A stretch of 64,000 bases of DNA from Flavobacteriales bacterium (GTDB lineage: Bacteria > Bacteroidota > Bacteroidia > Flavobacteriales_F > PHOS-HE28): the NCBI GenBank assembly GCA_016710965.1, contig JADJTW010000031.1, positions 727,887-791,886 of the forward strand, read 5' to 3'. The notes beneath the pieces were generated by a model. It saw only the letters and a program-made list of their open reading frames with translations. It did no database searches and was not told the origin of the DNA. Below, in pieces: positions 18,081 to 28,243 of this stretch; position 1 is the stretch's first letter; every line of letters begins with the position of its first letter. The position numbers and the translations under genes are program-made.

Positions 18081-20174
18081 GTGAAAGAACCCGTCCGCCA
18101 TACCGTTACTGCCGCCCTGCCCTACGCCAACGGCCCCCTGCACATCGGGCACATCGCCGGGGCCTACCTGCCGGCCGACATCTACGTGCGCTGCCTACGG
18201 GCGCGGGGCAAGGAGGTGCTTTTCATCTGCGGCAGCGACGAGCACGGGGCGGCCATCACCATCCGGGCCATGAAGGAGGGCACCACCCCGCGCGCCATCG
18301 TGGACAAGTACCACGCGCTCATGGGCCAGGCCTTTGCGGACTTCGGCATCCACTTCGACATCTACCACCGCACCAGCAGCGAGCTGCACAAGGAGACCTC
18401 GCAGGCCTTCTTCCTGAAACTGAACGAGAACGGCGCCTTCACGCAGCAGGAGGAACAGCAGTATTACGACGAGGAGGCGAAGCAATTCCTTGCCGACCGC
18501 TACATCATGGGCACCTGCCCCAGCTGCGGCAACCCCGATGCCTATGGCGACCAGTGCGAGAAGTGCGGCAGCGCCCTCAGCCCGAAGGACCTGATCGACC
18601 CGCGCAGCACCTTGAGCGGCGCGAAGCCCGTTCTGAAGGCGACTTCGCATTGGTACCTGCCCATGGAGCGCAGCCAGCAATGGGTGGAAGAGTGGATCAA
18701 TACTGGTATGCTGGACGGCGTGCAGCACCACGACCCCAAAGAGTGGAAGCCACCCGTGCTGGGACAATGCAACAGCTGGCTGAAGGACGGATTGCGTCCG
18801 CGCGCGATGACGCGTGACCTGGACTGGGGCGTGCCCGTGCCATTGCCCGGTGCGGAAGGCAAGGTGCTCTATGTTTGGCTCGATGCCCCCATCGGCTACA
18901 TCAGCGCCACCAAACAGTGGGCGAAGGACAAAGGGGCGGATTGGGAGAAATGGTGGAAGGCGGATGACACGCGCCTGCTGCACTTCATCGGCAAGGACAA
19001 CATCGTCTTCCACGCCATCATCTTCCCGATCCTGCTGAAGATGCACGGCGGCTACGTGCTTCCGCAGAACGTGCCTGCCAATGAGTTCCTCAACCTCGAA
19101 GGGAAGAAGATCAGCACCAGCCGCAACTGGGCGGTTTGGTTGCACGAGTACATCGAGCGCTGGCCGGGGCGACAGGATGAACTGCGTTACGCGCTCGCGA
19201 GCATCCTGCCCGAGTTCAAGGACAGCGAGTTCACGTGGAAGGATTTCCAGGACAAGAACAACAACGAGCTCGTTTCCATCCTCGGCAACTTCGTGCAGCG
19301 CGTGTTCGTGCTCTGCCACAAGTACTATAATGGCAAAGTGCCGGAACCCGCAGGCGGCAACGAACAGGACGTGTTGCTCTGGGCCGAACTGAACGTGTTG
19401 CCTGCGAAGGTGTCGGAGGAAGTGGACCGCTTCCGCTTCCGCGATGCCATGGCAAGTGCCATGCAAGCAGCACGCCTCGGGAACAAGTACCTCACGGATA
19501 CCGAACCGTGGAAGTTGGAGAAGACCGACCCAGAGCGCGTTCGCACGATCCTTTACAACAGCTTGCGCATCACCGCAGCGCTAAGTGTGCTGTTGGAGCC
19601 CTTCCTTCCCTACACTGCTCAGAAGCTGCGGACCATGCTCGGTCTGGTCAAGCTCAACTGGGATGATGCCTTGCGCGCTGACCTGATCAAACCCGGCATG
19701 ACGCTCGGCAGAGCAGAACATCTTTTCAAACCCATCGACGACGCTGCCATTGCCGCAGAGGTCGAACGCCTGCACGCCATGGAACCAGCGACACCTTCAT
19801 CCGCCGAGCCGAACACCGCGCCCACGCCTGCTGCGGTCGCCAAACCGAACATCAGCTTCGACGATTTCGCGAAGCTCGATCTGCGCGTGGGCACCATCAC
19901 CGGCGCTGAGCGTGTACCCAAGGCGGACAAGCTGTTGAAGCTCGCGATCGACATCGGTGAAGCCACGCCGCGCACGGTGGTGAGCGGTATCGCACAGCAC
20001 TTTGCACCGGAACAGCTGGTCGGACAGCAAGTAGTACTGGTCGCCAACCTCGAACCCCGCAAGATGCGCGGCGTCGAGAGCCAGGGCATGGTGCTCATGG
20101 CCGAGGATGCCACTGGCAAATTGGTCTTCGTGCAGGCCAAGGATGTGTTGGAGGCTGGAGCGGAGGTGCGTTGA
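18081..20174 (+). CDS. metG: methionine--tRNA ligase with C-terminal tRNA-binding domain
   Basis: HIGHIAGAY, KISTSRNWAV (KMSKS-like), four-Cys knuckle CPSCGNPDAYGDQCEKCG, and a C-terminal EMAPII/Trbp111-like domain. Confidence 0.95.
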   Translation: MKEPVRHTVTAALPYANGPLHIGHIAGAYLPADIYVRCLRARGKEVLFICGSDEHGAAITIRAMKEGTTPRAIVDKYHALMGQAFADFGIHFDIYHRTSSELHKETSQAFFLKLNENGAFTQQEEQQYYDEEAKQFLADRYIMGTCPSCGNPDAYGDQCEKCGSALSPKDLIDPRSTLSGAKPVLKATSHWYLPMERSQQWVEEWINTGMLDGVQHHDPKEWKPPVLGQCNSWLKDGLRPRAMTRDLDWGVPVPLPGAEGKVLYVWLDAPIGYISATKQWAKDKGADWEKWWKADDTRLLHFIGKDNIVFHAIIFPILLKMHGGYVLPQNVPANEFLNLEGKKISTSRNWAVWLHEYIERWPGRQDELRYALASILPEFKDSEFTWKDFQDKNNNELVSILGNFVQRVFVLCHKYYNGKVPEPAGGNEQDVLLWAELNVLPAKVSEEVDRFRFRDAMASAMQAARLGNKYLTDTEPWKLEKTDPERVRTILYNSLRITAALSVLLEPFLPYTAQKLRTMLGLVKLNWDDALRADLIKPGMTLGRAEHLFKPIDDAAIAAEVERLHAMEPATPSSAEPNTAPTPAAVAKPNISFDDFAKLDLRVGTITGAERVPKADKLLKLAIDIGEATPRTVVSGIAQHFAPEQLVGQQVVLVANLEPRKMRGVESQGMVLMAEDATGKLVFVQAKDVLEAGAEVR

Positions 20175-20177
20175 GAT

Positions 20178-20185
20178 TACATTTG
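20178..20185 (+). promoter_or_regulatory. candidate -7 element TACATTTG just upstream of the antitoxin gene
   Basis: tacatttg 9 nt before ATG 20194; the identical octamer occurs upstream of the yceD operon and nuoA. Confidence 0.3.
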
Positions 20186-20193
20186 GAATCAAG

Positions 20194-20460
20194 ATGACCA
20201 GCACCAAAGCAGCGATCCTGAAGCGTGTGCGCGAAACAATGGATGAGGCGTTGTTGGAGAACATCCGTGCCTATCTCGAAGCTGGCGAAGGAGATGCTTG
20301 GCACAACTTGCACCCGGACATCCGTACATCGCTGGACAGGAGCCTTGCGCAACTGGACCGCGGGGAGGGGCGATCACATGCCGCTGTGATGTCAGACATG
20401 CGAACATGGTTGAAAGCGTCCGCTGGTCACCCGAAGCCGAAGCGCGATTCAGGGCGGTAG
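20194..20460 (+). CDS. putative addiction-module antitoxin component (TIGR02574-like)
   Basis: MTSTKAAILKRVRETMDEALLENIRAYLEAGE... resembles the small partner of ParE-like toxins; it overlaps the toxin start. Confidence 0.4.
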   Translation: MTSTKAAILKRVRETMDEALLENIRAYLEAGEGDAWHNLHPDIRTSLDRSLAQLDRGEGRSHAAVMSDMRTWLKASAGHPKPKRDSGR

Positions 20461-20705
20461 TTTCCTACCTCCGGACCAATTGGTCCGTGCGTGATGCGCA
20501 CCGCTTCATGCAACGGACCGATCAGGCGGTGCGCATGATCATGCGCTTTCCGGGCATGTCCCGCAAGGGGCGCAAGGGAACACGCGAGGTCCTGGTCACC
20601 AAGCACAACATCATGACATTCCGGATCAAGAAGAAGGAGTTGCAGATCGTCGGTTTCTGGGACACGCGGCAACATCCTTCGCGGAGACGCATTTCGGAAC
20701 TCTGA
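20406..20705 (+). CDS. type II toxin, RelE/ParE family
   Basis: MVESVRWSPEAEARFRAVVSYLRTNWSVRDAHRF...EVLVTKHNIMTFRIKKKELQIVGFWDTRQHP. Confidence 0.6.
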   Translation: MVESVRWSPEAEARFRAVVSYLRTNWSVRDAHRFMQRTDQAVRMIMRFPGMSRKGRKGTREVLVTKHNIMTFRIKKKELQIVGFWDTRQHPSRRRISEL

Positions 20706-20733
20706 CCGATCGCGCTTCCCCTACTTTCGGCCG

Positions 20734-22785
20734 GTGCGTTGCGCATTCGCCCTCTTCCTCCAATTGACCTGTTCGATCGCGAGCGCGCAGAACAGCGTCC
20801 TCTTGAACGAGGTGTTGCCCGGTAACCAGGGCATCACCACCGATAGCGCGGGCCACACACCGGACTGGATCGAACTGTTCAATCCAAGTTCCAAGGAGAT
20901 CGATCTGAACGGCTGGCGCATCGCCATGGCGGGACGACAACACGTGTTCACTGCATCGCTCGTCGTACCAGCCAAGGGCTATCGCACGGTGTGGTGTGAT
21001 GGTCGCACGAACGACGGCACAGATCACATCGCCTTTCGCCTGGCGCGCGAAGGCGGGGCACTGCTGCTCATCGCACCCGATGGCATGACCATCGCCGATG
21101 TGTTCAGCTATCCGGTGGTTCGTGGCAACGTGAGCATCGGACGGTACCCGGATGGTGAGAAGGCCTGGAGCTATTTCACCGAACCGACTCCAAGTGCGCG
21201 CAACTGGAGTGAGACCGGTATGATCAAAGGCCCTTGCCAACCACCCAGTGCTTCCAATGCGTCAGGTCATTACAATGGTCCGTTCGAAGTGGAACTGCGC
21301 AGCGATGATGGAACTAAGATCCGCTACACAGTGGATGGCTCAGCACCGACACAAGAGCATGGTACATTCTACAACGCGCCGATACCCGTTGAAACCAGCA
21401 CCACGATCCGTGCGATCGCCATGGCCAATGGACATCTTCCGAGCGATGCGTTCTGTGCTACCTATAACCTCGGCGATGGAAGCGGCGAGGCGCTGGCGTT
21501 GAGCCTCTCCCCTGCTGACCTCTGGGACGACAGTACGGGCATCTACACCACGGGCGTGTTCAACAACAACACGCGCAGTGGCAAGGACTGGGAACGAAGT
21601 GGCGTTGCGGAATGGATCGGGGCTGGTGCAATGGACGTTGGTGTGCGCATCAGCGGAAGCGGCTCGCGCGGTGCGCGCAAGCGATCTTTCAAGCTCTATG
21701 CGCGCGATGGATCGTTCCCGTTCGCGGACAGCACGCATGTGGACGAAGGGCTGCTCCGTGCTGATGCTGGAGCGCACTCCTTCCTGCGCAACACGACACT
21801 CGAGGAATTGGTGCGGCGCTACGACCTGCATCTCGCCATGCAGCCTTCACGAGCCGTACCGCTCTACCTCAACGCGGCATACTGGGGCCTCTACCGATGG
21901 ATGCCAGCCAAGGATGGAGATTGGCTGAAGCAGGTGAGCGGTGCCGAGGCGGTCGATCTGCTCGAGGGGCCTGCGGCCGTTGCATTGAACGGGAACAACA
22001 ACCACTTCCTCCGCGCGCAGGAACTGCTCCTGCACGGTGCCCCGTTGGACAGCACCGAAGCGCTGTTCGATGTGCAAAGCCTGATCGATCTCGCCTGCAT
22101 CGATCTGTGGACCGGTCGCGCCGATCACGACCTCAACGTACGCTGCTACCGGCCGAGGCAAGCCGGTGGTCGTTGGCGCTGGGTCCTCTTCGACATGGAC
22201 CTATGGGCACCGGCTGAAGAGAACTCCGCGCAACGCATGGCATTGGCAGCGGCGCCGGAAACACCGTTCATTCCGCAATTGTTGGCGCATGCCGATCTGC
22301 AAGAGCGATTGCTTGCGCGCATCATCGCGCTTCAAGCAGCGGTGTTCTCGAAGGCCGGTGATGTAGCCGACAGCATTCATCGCGCACATGAGCCGGAGCT
22401 GCTCGCCGACTTCCGTCGATGGGAACTGGAGTTGGACTTGCCGCACCCGGATTCATCGCTTGCTGCATTGCAAGCCTTCACACTGGCACGCCCGCAACAC
22501 CTCTTCACCTACCTCGCGCGTCTTACAGGACGAAAATTGCGGACGGTGACGGTTGAAGCACCGACTGCGGAACATGGCCAGCTCCTTATCGATGGACTGC
22601 CGCTTTCACCGGGCAAGCACGAGGTGCGGTGTTTCAGCGGCGTGGCCCTCGAAGTGGAAGTGCGAGCGGTCAACGGCGTCGAGTTCGCTGATTGGAAGGG
22701 CTTGGACCTGGAAGGACCGAAGGGATCGGTCGACCTCTCTCGTGGAAAGAACGTGCGAGCGGTGTTCCGCGCACTCGTCCCCTAG
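20734..22785 (+). CDS. secreted lamin-tail-domain + chitobiase-C-like + CotH kinase-family protein
   Basis: Signal peptide, LTD-like LLNEVLPGN...DWIELFNPSSKEIDLNGWRI, then IRYTVDGSAPT (CHB_HEX_C-like), then a CotH-like C-terminal half. Confidence 0.55.
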   Translation: MRCAFALFLQLTCSIASAQNSVLLNEVLPGNQGITTDSAGHTPDWIELFNPSSKEIDLNGWRIAMAGRQHVFTASLVVPAKGYRTVWCDGRTNDGTDHIAFRLAREGGALLLIAPDGMTIADVFSYPVVRGNVSIGRYPDGEKAWSYFTEPTPSARNWSETGMIKGPCQPPSASNASGHYNGPFEVELRSDDGTKIRYTVDGSAPTQEHGTFYNAPIPVETSTTIRAIAMANGHLPSDAFCATYNLGDGSGEALALSLSPADLWDDSTGIYTTGVFNNNTRSGKDWERSGVAEWIGAGAMDVGVRISGSGSRGARKRSFKLYARDGSFPFADSTHVDEGLLRADAGAHSFLRNTTLEELVRRYDLHLAMQPSRAVPLYLNAAYWGLYRWMPAKDGDWLKQVSGAEAVDLLEGPAAVALNGNNNHFLRAQELLLHGAPLDSTEALFDVQSLIDLACIDLWTGRADHDLNVRCYRPRQAGGRWRWVLFDMDLWAPAEENSAQRMALAAAPETPFIPQLLAHADLQERLLARIIALQAAVFSKAGDVADSIHRAHEPELLADFRRWELELDLPHPDSSLAALQAFTLARPQHLFTYLARLTGRKLRTVTVEAPTAEHGQLLIDGLPLSPGKHEVRCFSGVALEVEVRAVNGVEFADWKGLDLEGPKGSVDLSRGKNVRAVFRALVP

Positions 22786-23471
22786 GCCAACACTTCCTTC
22801 AGCAACGAAGTGAACAAGGACTTGCCGTCCGTATTGCCAAGGCGTTCATCGCAGGCACGCTCCGGGTGGGGCATCATGCCGAACACGTTGCGCGATTTGT
22901 TGCACACCCCGGCGATGTTCTCCTTGCTTCCGTTCGGGTTGGCGTCGTCGGTGATCTTACCGTCGGCATCGCAATAGCGGAAGATCACCTGGTCATTGTC
23001 CTTCAGCGCCTTCAAGGTCGCTGCGTCGGCATGATAACGCCCCTCGCCGTGTGCGATGGGGATCTTCAGCGCCTTGTCGGGAACTGCGTTCGTCAGTGCC
23101 GTATTCGCGGTAGCGCGACGGATGAAGATGTTCTTCGAGATGAACTTCTGCCCTTCGTTGTGAAGGAGCGCCCCAGGAACGAGCCCTGCTTCGCAAAGAA
23201 CCTGAAAGCCGTTGCACACGCCGAAGACCAGCCCGCCCTTCTTCGCGTGCGCGGCCACTTCTTGCATGATGGGCGAGAAACGCGCGATGGCACCACTGCG
23301 CAAGTAGTCGCCGTAGCTGAAACCGCCCGGCAGCACCACCATGTCCACGCCCTTGAGGTTGTGCTCCTTGTGCCAAAGCCGCTCCACCTGTTGACCTAAA
23401 AGGGTCTCCAGCACGTGGATCATGTCCTCATCGCAATTGCTCCCTGGGAAGCTGACAACGCCGAATTTCAT
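22782..23471 (-). CDS. purQ: phosphoribosylformylglycinamidine synthase subunit PurQ
   Basis: [17 protein letters not shown]...[15 protein letters not shown]...GVCNGFQVL...HPER. Confidence 0.9.
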   Translation of the reverse strand: MKFGVVSFPGSNCDEDMIHVLETLLGQQVERLWHKEHNLKGVDMVVLPGGFSYGDYLRSGAIARFSPIMQEVAAHAKKGGLVFGVCNGFQVLCEAGLVPGALLHNEGQKFISKNIFIRRATANTALTNAVPDKALKIPIAHGEGRYHADAATLKALKDNDQVIFRYCDADGKITDDANPNGSKENIAGVCNKSRNVFGMMPHPERACDERLGNTDGKSLFTSLLKEVLA

Positions 23472-23595
23472 GGGTGGCGCCTTAGCCGAAAGGGGCGCAG
23501 GCTCGGGGCCGAAGGTATCCCGGGCCTTTCAACCATCGGTTCCCCCTAGCCCTGCGCTGGTTTGGGCCGTCCCCGCGCATGGGTCCATCACCTAC

Positions 23596-23603
23596 ATTTG
23601 CCG
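23596..23603 (+). promoter_or_regulatory. candidate -7 element TACATTTG upstream of the yceD-rpmF-plsX-fabH operon
   Basis: tacatttg 22 nt upstream of start 23626. Confidence 0.3.
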
Positions 23604-23625
23604 TCCCCTTTTCGGGGGGTAGCCC

Positions 23626-24144
23626 TTGGAAGCGCTGAAGGAACATAGCATCCCATTCACCGGCCTGAAAGACGGCCAGCACCGCTTCGACTTCGTGCTG
23701 GGGCAGGAGTTCTTCGACGCCGCTCACGAGGAGGAGCTCACGGGTGGTCAGGCGCAAGTGGTGGTAACCCTGGACAAAACGCCCACCCTGCTGGTTGCCG
23801 GTATCCACGTGGAAGGGACGGTGGCGACCACATGCGACCGCTGCAACAGCTCCTTGGACCTGCCTGTGACGGGCGAGCAACAGCAGATCTTCCAGCTGCA
23901 TGGCGAAGCCGACCCGGATGACGACGAGGTAGTGGTGCTGGCGCCCCAAGAGCACAGCATCAATCTATCGCACTACATCTACGAATGCCTGCGCCTGGCA
24001 TTGCCCGCCCGGCGCGTGCATCCGCCGGGCCAATGCGATCCGGAGGTCGAGGCCGTTCTTGGCCATCTGGCCGTGGACCATGCTGAGAACCTACACGTCC
24101 CGGACCCGCGCTGGGATGCTCTGAAACAACTGAAGAACAAGTAG
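23626..24144 (+). CDS. DUF177 (YceD-like) protein
   Basis: CDRCNSSLDLPV...C...C pattern and the conserved position before rpmF-plsX-fabH; TTG start. Confidence 0.6.
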   Translation: MEALKEHSIPFTGLKDGQHRFDFVLGQEFFDAAHEEELTGGQAQVVVTLDKTPTLLVAGIHVEGTVATTCDRCNSSLDLPVTGEQQQIFQLHGEADPDDDEVVVLAPQEHSINLSHYIYECLRLALPARRVHPPGQCDPEVEAVLGHLAVDHAENLHVPDPRWDALKQLKNK

Positions 24145-24169
24145 CCCCTGAGGCACAACACGTTGAGCC

Positions 24170-24361
24170 ATGCCAAACCCGAAACGCCGATTCTCCAAGA
24201 CCCGCACCGCCAGCCGCAGAAGCACCAAGAAGGCGGGCGTGCCAACGGTAACCGTGGATGCCAACACCGGCGAAACGCACCTGCGGCACCGTGCCTACAA
24301 AGTGGGGGACGACCTCTACTACAACGGCAAATTGCTGGTGTCCAAGAACGCCGCTGAATAA
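24170..24361 (+). CDS. rpmF: 50S ribosomal protein L32
   Basis: MPNPKRRFSKTRTASRRSTKK... Confidence 0.85.
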   Translation: MPNPKRRFSKTRTASRRSTKKAGVPTVTVDANTGETHLRHRAYKVGDDLYYNGKLLVSKNAAE

Positions 24362-24385
24362 TCCCATCTTCGCCCGCGACATCCG

Positions 24386-25324
24386 ATGAGGATAGGCGTG
24401 GACATCATGGGCAGCGACCACGGTTCGGTCGTTCCCCTACGTGCTGCCGTCATGGCGGCCAGGGATCTCCCTGCCGATGTGCGGCTGGTGCTCATAGGCA
24501 ATGCGCAGGAGATCGCCGCTGGCCTGAACACCGAAGGCGCTGACAGTGCGGCCTTCGACATCGTCCCCAGCCAGGACGACATCACATTCGACGACAACCC
24601 GACCAAAGCCCTTCAAGCCAAGCCGAAGAGCAGTATCAGCATCGGGTTCCACTTGTTGAAGGAAGGCAAGATCGACGCCTTCGCCAGTACGGGAAACACC
24701 GGTGCCATGCTGGTGGGCAGCATCTTCAGTATCAAGCCCATCCCTGGGGTCATTCGGCCCTGCATACCCAGCGTGGTGCCCAAGGAGAATGGCCAGTACG
24801 GTATCCTGGTGGACGTTGGCGCAAACGCCGATTGCAAGGCCGATGTGCTGGCCCAATTCGGGCTGCTCGGGTCGATGCTGGCGCAGCACGTGTACCATAT
24901 CGCCGCGCCCAGGGTGGGCCTGCTCAACATCGGGGAGGAGGAGAAGAAAGGCGACCTGCTTCGCCAGGCCACCTACGAGCTCATGCGCGATCAGCGGGTG
25001 TACAATTTCATCGGCAACGTGGAGGGGCGCGACCTCTTCAACGGCAAGGCCGATGTGTATGTGACCGATGGCTTCACCGGCAACGTGGTGCTCAAGGCTG
25101 TTGAGGCCTTCCACGACCTCCTGGAGCAACGCGGCGTTCACGAGCCCTTCTTCGACCGCTTCAATTACGAGAACTACGGCGGGCTGCCGGTGCTGGGCGT
25201 GAATGGCAACGTGATCATCGGCCACGGCATCAGCAACGATGCCACCATCAAGAACATGATCCTGTTCACCCGCGAAGTAGTCGAGAGTAAGCTCAACGAC
25301 CGCATCCGCGAAGCGCTTGTGTAG
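24386..25324 (+). CDS. plsX: phosphate acyltransferase PlsX
   Basis: MRIGVDIMGSDHG...GNTGAML... Confidence 0.9.
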   Translation: MRIGVDIMGSDHGSVVPLRAAVMAARDLPADVRLVLIGNAQEIAAGLNTEGADSAAFDIVPSQDDITFDDNPTKALQAKPKSSISIGFHLLKEGKIDAFASTGNTGAMLVGSIFSIKPIPGVIRPCIPSVVPKENGQYGILVDVGANADCKADVLAQFGLLGSMLAQHVYHIAAPRVGLLNIGEEEKKGDLLRQATYELMRDQRVYNFIGNVEGRDLFNGKADVYVTDGFTGNVVLKAVEAFHDLLEQRGVHEPFFDRFNYENYGGLPVLGVNGNVIIGHGISNDATIKNMILFTREVVESKLNDRIREALV

Positions 25325-26317
25325 ATGAGGACCACCGCTGCCATCACCGCTGTCCATGGCTACCTGCCGGAGTACCGCCTCACCAACGAGGTGCTGGAAA
25401 CGATGGTGGACACAAACGATGCGTGGATCACCGAGCGCACGGGCATCAAGGAGCGCCGCATCCTCACAGGCAAGGACCAGGGCCTGAGCGTCATGGCCAT
25501 CGAAGCCGTGAAAGGTCTTCTCCAGAAGCGCGGCATCGACCCCGACGAGATCGACCTGATGATCGTGGCCACGGTAACACCGGACCGCGTGTTCCCCGCC
25601 ACGGCCAACATCGTCTGCGACGCCATCGGCGCGAAGAACGCTTGGGGCTTCGATCTGGGAGCGGCGTGCAGCGGCTTCCTTTTCGCCCTCGCCACCGGCG
25701 CGCAGTTCATCGAGAGCGGCAAGCACAAGAAGGTGGTGGTGGTAGGCGGTGATAAGATGAGCAGCATCGTGGACTACGAGGACCGCGCCACCTGCATCAT
25801 CTTCGGCGATGGATGCGGAGCCGTGCTGCTGGAACCGACGATTGAAGGCGTGGGTATCATGGACAGTATCCTGCGCACCGACGGAAGCGGTTGCCAATAC
25901 CTGCACCAGAAGGCCGGTGGATCCTGGCGGCCATCGACCGAGCGAAGCGTTGAACTGAAAGAGCACTACATCTATCAGGAGGGCAAGGCCGTGTTCAAGT
26001 TCGCCGTGACCAACATGGCCGACGTGAGCGCGGAGATCATGGAGAAGAACGGACTGAAGGCCGACGACGTGGCATGGCTGGTGCCGCACCAGGCCAACAA
26101 GCGCATCATCGATGCCACTGCCCACCGCATGGGGCTGGACGACAGCAAGGTGATGGTGAACATCGAGAAGTACGGCAACACCACCAGCGGCACCTTGCCA
26201 CTGTGCCTGTGGGAATGGGAGCCCCGCTTGAAGAAAGGCGACAACATCATCCTCAGTGCCTTCGGAGGCGGATTCACCTGGGGGGCCGTCTGGCTCAAGT
26301 GGGCCTACGGCGGATAA
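25325..26317 (+). CDS. fabH: beta-ketoacyl-ACP synthase III
   Basis: [18 protein letters not shown]...[11 protein letters not shown]...HQAN...GNTTS. Confidence 0.9.
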   Translation: MRTTAAITAVHGYLPEYRLTNEVLETMVDTNDAWITERTGIKERRILTGKDQGLSVMAIEAVKGLLQKRGIDPDEIDLMIVATVTPDRVFPATANIVCDAIGAKNAWGFDLGAACSGFLFALATGAQFIESGKHKKVVVVGGDKMSSIVDYEDRATCIIFGDGCGAVLLEPTIEGVGIMDSILRTDGSGCQYLHQKAGGSWRPSTERSVELKEHYIYQEGKAVFKFAVTNMADVSAEIMEKNGLKADDVAWLVPHQANKRIIDATAHRMGLDDSKVMVNIEKYGNTTSGTLPLCLWEWEPRLKKGDNIILSAFGGGFTWGAVWLKWAYGG

Positions 26318-26364
26318 CAGGAACCTCTACATTGGCGATCCCTTCGGGGAAAGCGCCTGACCAA

Positions 26365-26853
26365 ATGGACGAACCGATGAACCTTACACAGATCCAAGAC
26401 CTGATCAAGTTCGTCGCCAAGAGCGGCGTAAGCGAGGTGGAGATCGAGCAGAAGGATTTCAAGATCACCATCAAGACCCCGGCGAGCAAGAAGGAGGTAC
26501 AGGTGATCGCCGCACCTGCGCCAACCTACGCTGCTCCACCACCTGTGGCTGCTGCGCCCGTTGCCGCTCCGGCCCCCGCTGCACAGGCCGCAGCCCCGTC
26601 AGCAGACGCCAAGTACATCACCATCAAGGCGCCCATGATCGGCACCTTCTACCGCGCCGCAGGACCCGGCAAACCGGTGTTCGTGAACGTGGGCGACGAG
26701 GTGAAGAAGGGCAAGCCCATTTGCATCATCGAAGCCATGAAGCTCTTCAATGAGATCGAGAGCGACGTGGAGGGCAAGATCGTGAAGGTGCTCGTGGACG
26801 ACGCCAAACCCGTGGAGTACGATCAACCTTTGTTCCTCGTAGACCCCAGCTAA
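26365..26853 (+). CDS. accB: acetyl-CoA carboxylase biotin carboxyl carrier protein
   Basis: Ala/Pro linker and biotinyl motif CIIEAMKLFNEIE. Confidence 0.85.
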   Translation: MDEPMNLTQIQDLIKFVAKSGVSEVEIEQKDFKITIKTPASKKEVQVIAAPAPTYAAPPPVAAAPVAAPAPAAQAAAPSADAKYITIKAPMIGTFYRAAGPGKPVFVNVGDEVKKGKPICIIEAMKLFNEIESDVEGKIVKVLVDDAKPVEYDQPLFLVDPS

Positions 26854-26862
26854 GCGCTGCCC

Positions 26863-28206
26863 ATGTTCAAGAAGATCCTGATCGCCAATCGCGGCGAGAT
26901 CGCGCTGCGCGTGATCCGCACCTGCCGGGAAATGGGCATCAAGACGGTGGCCGTCTATTCCACCGCCGATAAGGAGAGCCTGCATGTGCGCTTCGCGGAT
27001 GAGGCCGTGTGCATCGGGCCGCCCCCGAGCAAGGACAGCTACCTGAACATGGTGCGGATCATCGCCGCGGCGGAGATCACCAACGCCGATGCGATCCACC
27101 CGGGCTACGGCTTCCTGAGCGAGAACGCCAAGTTCAGCAAGCTCTGCCAGCAGCATAACATCAAGTTCATCGGCGCCACACCCGAGCAGATCGAGGCGAT
27201 GGGCGACAAGGCCACCGCCAAGGCCACGATGATCGCTGCCGGAGTGCCCGTAGTACCCGGTACGGAAGGTTTGGTGACGGATATCGCGCTCGCCAAGAAG
27301 GAGGCAAAGCGCATCGGTTATCCCGTGATCCTGAAGGCCACGGCCGGTGGCGGCGGCAAGGGCATGCGCCTGGTGTGGAAGGAGGAGGAGTTCCAAGAGG
27401 CCTTCGAGAAAGCGAGCCAGGAAGCCGGTGCGGCCTTCGGCAACGCGGGCATGTACATGGAGAAGTACATCCTGGAGCCACGCCACATCGAGATCCAGAT
27501 CGCGGGGGACCAGTATGGCACCTTCTGCCACATGAGCGAGCGCGACTGCTCCATCCAGCGCCGCCACCAGAAGCTCGTGGAGGAAACGCCATCGCCCTTC
27601 ATGACCAAGGCGCTGCGCAAGAAGATGGGCGAAGCGGCGATCAAGGCGGCCGCCAGCGTGAAGTACGAAGGCGTGGGTACCGTGGAGTTCCTCGTGGACA
27701 AGAACAGGAACTTCTACTTCATGGAGATGAATACGCGGATCCAGGTGGAGCATACGATCACCGAGGAAGTGATCGACTACGACCTCATCCGTGAGCAGAT
27801 CAAGATTGCTGCGGGCATCCCCATCAGCGGATTGAACTATGAGCCCACGCGCCACAGCATCCAGTGCCGCATCAACGCAGAGGATCCGTTCAACAACTTT
27901 CGTCCTTCACCGGGCAAGATCACCAGTTACCACAGCCCGGGCGGCCACGGCGTGCGTGTGGACACGCACGTGTACGCGGGCTACACGATCCCGCCGAACT
28001 ACGACAGCATGATCGGCAAGCTGATCGTGAGCGCGCAGACCCGCGAGGAGGCGCTGACCAAGATGGAGCGCGCATTGAGCGAGTACGTGATCGAAGGGGT
28101 GCCCACCACCATCCCCTTCCACCTTCAGCTGATGCAGAACGAGCAGTTCCGCAAGGGCGAGTTCACGACCAAGTTCCTGGAGGACTTCGAGATCAAGAAG
28201 CCTTAG
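26863..28206 (+). CDS. accC: acetyl-CoA carboxylase biotin carboxylase subunit
   Basis: [21 protein letters not shown]...ATP-grasp...[12 protein letters not shown]. Confidence 0.95.
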   Translation: MFKKILIANRGEIALRVIRTCREMGIKTVAVYSTADKESLHVRFADEAVCIGPPPSKDSYLNMVRIIAAAEITNADAIHPGYGFLSENAKFSKLCQQHNIKFIGATPEQIEAMGDKATAKATMIAAGVPVVPGTEGLVTDIALAKKEAKRIGYPVILKATAGGGGKGMRLVWKEEEFQEAFEKASQEAGAAFGNAGMYMEKYILEPRHIEIQIAGDQYGTFCHMSERDCSIQRRHQKLVEETPSPFMTKALRKKMGEAAIKAAASVKYEGVGTVEFLVDKNRNFYFMEMNTRIQVEHTITEEVIDYDLIREQIKIAAGIPISGLNYEPTRHSIQCRINAEDPFNNFRPSPGKITSYHSPGGHGVRVDTHVYAGYTIPPNYDSMIGKLIVSAQTREEALTKMERALSEYVIEGVPTTIPFHLQLMQNEQFRKGEFTTKFLEDFEIKKP

Positions 28207-28243
28207 GTTCTTCAGTTTGTCCCGGGGTCCTCAAGCATAGGGT

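Noticed and set aside
23472-23560. Structured ncRNA in the purQ / yceD divergent region
   Set aside because: There are only short imperfect stems and no recognisable conserved RNA family by eye. A covariance-model search would be needed.
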